Shown: piece after piece, positions 60,618 to 64,000 of the stretch
How positions within the stretch are numbered: position 1 is the stretch's first letter
Layout: each line of letters begins with the position of its first letter
NCBI RefSeq assembly: GCF_964213995.1
Contig: NW_027590177.1
Coordinates: 434,001 to 498,000 of the forward strand
From: Mustelus asterias
Lineage: Eukaryota
Direction of reading: 5' to 3'
DNA length: 64,000 nt
Made by a program: the position numbers and the translations under genes
The notes under the pieces: model-generated
Seen by the model: the letters and a program-made list of their open reading frames with translations, nothing else
The model's database searches: none
Told to the model about the DNA's origin: nothing

Positions 60618-61376
60618 TCACTTGTGAACTTGTTGGTGTCTCAGTAGGTCGGATGAAACTCTGAATCCCTTCCCACACTGAGAGCAGGTGAACGGCCTCT
60701 CCCCAGTGTGAACTCGGTGGTGCGTCCGCAGGTTGCATGGCTGAGTGAATCCCTTCCCACACTGAGAGCAAGTGAACGGTTTCTCCCCAGTGTGAACTCG
60801 CTGATGTGCCCGCAGGTTGGATACCCGAGTGAATCCCTTCCCACACTGAGGACAGGTGAATGGCCTCTCCCCCGTGTGAACTCGCTGGTGCCTCCGCAGG
60901 TGGGATGAACAAGTGAATCCCTCCCCACACTGAGAGCAGGTGAATGGCCTCTCCCCAGTGTGAACTCGCTGGTGCATCCGCAGGCTGGATGAACAAGTGA
61001 ATCCCTTCCCACACTGAGAGCAGGTGAATGGCCTCTCCCCAGTGTGAACTCGCTGGTGTGACTGCAGGTAGGATGATCGAGTGAATCCCTTCCCACACTG
61101 AGAGCAGGTGAACGGCCTCTCCCCAGTGTGAACTCGCTGATGTCTCTGCAGGTCGGATGACTGAGTGAATCCCTCCCCACACTGAGAGCAGGTGAACGGT
61201 CTCTCCCCAGTGTGAACTCGCTGGTGTCTCTGCAGTTCGGATGACCGAGTGAATCCCTCCCCACACTGAGAGCAGGTGAACGGCCTCTCCCCAGTGTGGC
61301 TGCGCCGATGAGCTTCCAGCTGAGATGGGACTCTGTACCTCTTCCCACAGTCCACACATTTCCATGGTTTCTCCAT
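60618..61376 (-). CDS. C2H2 zinc-finger protein gene H (252 aa, 9 fingers)
   Basis: ORF from ATG 61376 (MEKPWKC); acceptor TTTTCCAG|GATAC at 61728/61727; paralog of D. Confidence 0.92.
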   Translation of the reverse strand: MEKPWKCVDCGKRYRVPSQLEAHRRSHTGERPFTCSQCGEGFTRSSELQRHQRVHTGERPFTCSQCGEGFTQSSDLQRHQRVHTGERPFTCSQCGKGFTRSSYLQSHQRVHTGERPFTCSQCGKGFTCSSSLRMHQRVHTGERPFTCSQCGEGFTCSSHLRRHQRVHTGERPFTCPQCGKGFTRVSNLRAHQRVHTGEKPFTCSQCGKGFTQPCNLRTHHRVHTGERPFTCSQCGKGFRVSSDLLRHQQVHK

Positions 61377-62635
61377 GGTGCAGGTGTCCTTGCCTCTCCC
61401 TTGGGTTACCAATCAGTCGAAGCCTCGTCCACACACAGAACACGGGTACAGTCTCTCCCTGCTGTGAATGGTGTGATATTTATTCAGGGTGTGTAACTGG
61501 TTAAAGCTCTTTAGTCAGTGCACTGGAACACTCTCACTCGAGTGTGACAGTGTGTTGCTGCTTTTCCAATCACACTGACACGTGAAATCTTTTCAAATCA
61601 ACAGACCGGACAATCATTTCTCCTTCTAGATTCAAAGGCCGGTGATATTCAGCTCCCAAGGAATATGACTCTGTCAGATCTAGACGTGAAGTTTGAGATT
61701 TCAGTCTGTGATTCCTCTTTCAGTATCCTGGAAAATGAGTTTACAAAAGTCATCAGTGTCAGTGCAGGATAGAAATTCAGAACAGACAAATCTAGTTTCT
61801 ATCGAACATTCTTTCCTATTTCAGTCCTAAAAAGCTGTGAATCTCCATCCCACACACTCTCCCTCCATTCTCACTCTGCTGTATCTAATATTCACCCTCC
61901 CAATTCTCCTGAAGGTGCTGATTGAGGCTGATTGACAGATCCATGCTCACTGCTTCCTGTCCTGGACACAGAGACCATAACAAATAGGAGCTGCAGTCGG
62001 CCATTTGGCCCATCGAGCCTTTTAAACTATTCAATGAGATAATTCGTTCATCTACCTCAGCATAATTCTCCCCACACTAAACCCATATCCCTTGATATCT
62101 TCAATATCTAGAAACCAATCAATCTCTCTCTTGAAAATAGTTGATGACTGAGGCTTCACTGTCCTCAGGGGTTGAAAATTCCAAAGCTTTAGCACATCCT
62201 TGAGTGAAGAAATCCCCTCACATATTAGCTTTTGCTCCATCTTCTTGTCTGTTCCCCATAACTCTTGACACCCTTGTCAGTCAAAGATCTGTCTAACGGG
62301 AATATATTCAATGATCCTCAGCCTCCACTGGTCCCTGTGGAAGAGAAATCCAAAAGACTAACAACCCTCTGAGGGAAGAGATGTCTTGAAATATATAACG
62401 TAGCTACAGTTCCGTATTACAAGATATTCAGATCCCAAGGAATATGACTCTGTTTGGATGTGACGGTTGAGATTTTTGCCTTTGATTCCTCATTCAATAT
62501 CCTATGAAATGAGTTTGCAAAAGTCATCACAGTCAGTATAGGATAGAAATTCAGAGCAGACAATTCTAGTTTCTATGGAACATTCTTTCCTATTTCATTC
62601 CCAAAAAGTTGTAACTCTCCATCCATATCTATGGA

Positions 62636-63020
62636 TTCTATTTAAAAATGAAAGTGGATGGGCATTTGAAGGAAATAAACTTTCAGGAGAGTGAGGATAT
62701 CGAGTGAGAATGGGACTGGAATGTTATACAGAGAGTCAGCATGGACTCGAGTTACCGAATGGATTCCTTCTGTGCTGTAATGACTTTATGACTGGAAATG
62801 TATAACATCGCTACAGCATTATATTACAATGCAAGAACTAATAATAAAAGTATTTTATTACAGAAACATAAATAATATATCTAATCTGGGTACCATATAA
62901 TAACACGAGACATATCTCTGTCCTATATTAACGTTCTGTCCCCTTAAATGTCAGCCATCTCCTGGGGAAAGCTGCCCTTTAATGTGAACATGAGGAAAAA
63001 GACCATCCTTTTAGACAGAC
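62636..63020. repeat. Direct duplicate of 20035-20410 (intron of genes D/H)
   Basis: GGATTCTATTTAAAAATGAAAGTGGATGGGCA...GACCATCCTTTTAGACAGA shared at high identity. Confidence 0.88.
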
Positions 63021-63034
63021 AAATAAATGTGTCA

Positions 63035-63530
63035 AGCTGAGGGAGCAAAGGATGTTCACCAGGCTGATTCAGGGAATCGCGGGACTGATGTATGAGGAGA
63101 GACTGACTGGGTTAGGATTGTTTTCATTGGAGTTCAGATGAATGAGGGGGGAATCTCAAAGAGATTTATAAAATTCTAACAGGTCGAGACAGGATAGATG
63201 CAGGGAGGATGTTCCCGATGGAGTCCAGAACCGGGGGTCACAGTCTGAGGATTCAGGGCAGACCATTTAGGACGGAGGTGAGGAGACATTTCTTCACCCA
63301 AAGAGTAGTCACCCTGTGGAATTCATTACCACAGGAAGTAGTTGGTGCACAAAACATTGAATGTATTCAAGAGGCGGCTGGATAAAGCACTTGGGGTGAA
63401 TGGGATCACAGGTTATGGGAAAAAGCAGGATTAGGCTACTCAGTTGGATGATCATCCATGATCATAATGAATGGCGGAGCAGGCTCGAAGGGCCAAATGG
63501 CCTCCTCCTGCTCCAATCATCTCTGTTTCT
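63035..63530 (+). mobile_element. Decayed CR1 3' fragment
   Basis: TATGAGGAGAGACTG...GGCTCGAAGGGCCAAATGGCCTCCTCCTGCTCC tail. Confidence 0.8.
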
Positions 63531-63714
63531 ATATCAATGTCTTTAAGAGAGAGAGAGAGGGAAACCTGGGCCAACCTTTCCAGAGTCTGCAGCCTCCCTG
63601 GATTCACTTCCTTTCCCTTCAGTTGCTGCAAGTCCCCAATTTCCCCCCAAAATGAGAAAAGAAATGGAAAGGGGGAGAAAAGAAAGTGTTTTACTCACAG
63701 ATGTTGGCCTCTTT

Positions 63715-64000
63715 TAGGTCAAAACAAATAAACAAACTCAGATTAAGTCAGGACAAAGTAAAAGGGGCAGCTCCCCAAAAAGGAGGGGGAACAGCCCGAA
63801 CAGAAATCAAAGTACAAAGGAAACTTAAAAACATCAAATTAAAATGTGATTATTAGGGTCAATAATGCACCCCAACCCCTGCGGTGCCCAGCGGGCGCGG
63901 AAAGCGTCAACCTCGCCCGTGGACACCACATGCTCCCTCTCCAGGGACACCTGGCCGCGAACGTAGCCGCGGTAGAGGGGAAGACAGTCAGGATGGACGG
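63715..64000 (-). mobile_element. 3' end of a Tx1-clade (L1 group) non-LTR retrotransposon, continuing beyond the window
   Basis: 63998-63834 translates openly as VHPDCLPLYRGYVRGQVSLEREHVVSTGEVDAFRARWAPQGLGCIIDPNNHILI*, resembling Tx1 ORF2 C-termini (recognised from memory); CpG-rich; T-rich ~110-nt 3' UTR. Confidence 0.65.

Noticed and set aside
60517-61443. Long alternative-frame ORFs over ZNF arrays (308 aa and 238 aa here; 235 aa at 18976-19683)
   Set aside because: Shadow frames of an 84-bp repeat that happens to lack stops; mostly non-ATG starts and no independent features.

Overview
Eukaryotic, vertebrate, almost certainly shark (elasmobranch) genomic DNA. The evidence is HE1-type and SacSINE1-type SINEs, several CR1 LINE families, L2, and Penelope-derived foldback elements. 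The window is part of a tandem C2H2 zinc-finger (ZNF) gene cluster with 7 largely intact finger-only genes: A <1-859(-), B 2779-3789(-), C 6229-7587(+), D 18953-19627(-), E 33781-34482(-), F 39457-40605(+) and H 60618-61376(-). It also holds one decayed ZNF pseudogene (G, about 54.1-55.0 kb), two ZNF fragments, and one single-coding-exon BTB-BACK (BTBD17-like) gene with an ISRE-like promoter. The most unusual structure is a repeated cassette: a tRNA gene (Arg-ACG or Gly-GCC derived), then a 36-57 nt trailer, a conserved GTGAGT splice donor, a shared intron module and the ZNF exon, all on one strand. It is seen three times, twice divergently around one CCAAT/NRF1 promoter. At the fourth copy of the same donor module the tRNA position is occupied by the 3' end of a young Tx1-like retrotransposon. 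All 8 ZNF copies also carry a dead three-finger leader with two invariant TGA codons. Exon structures and repeat family names come from reading the sequence by eye and need RNA-seq and database confirmation; repeat boundaries are approximate.
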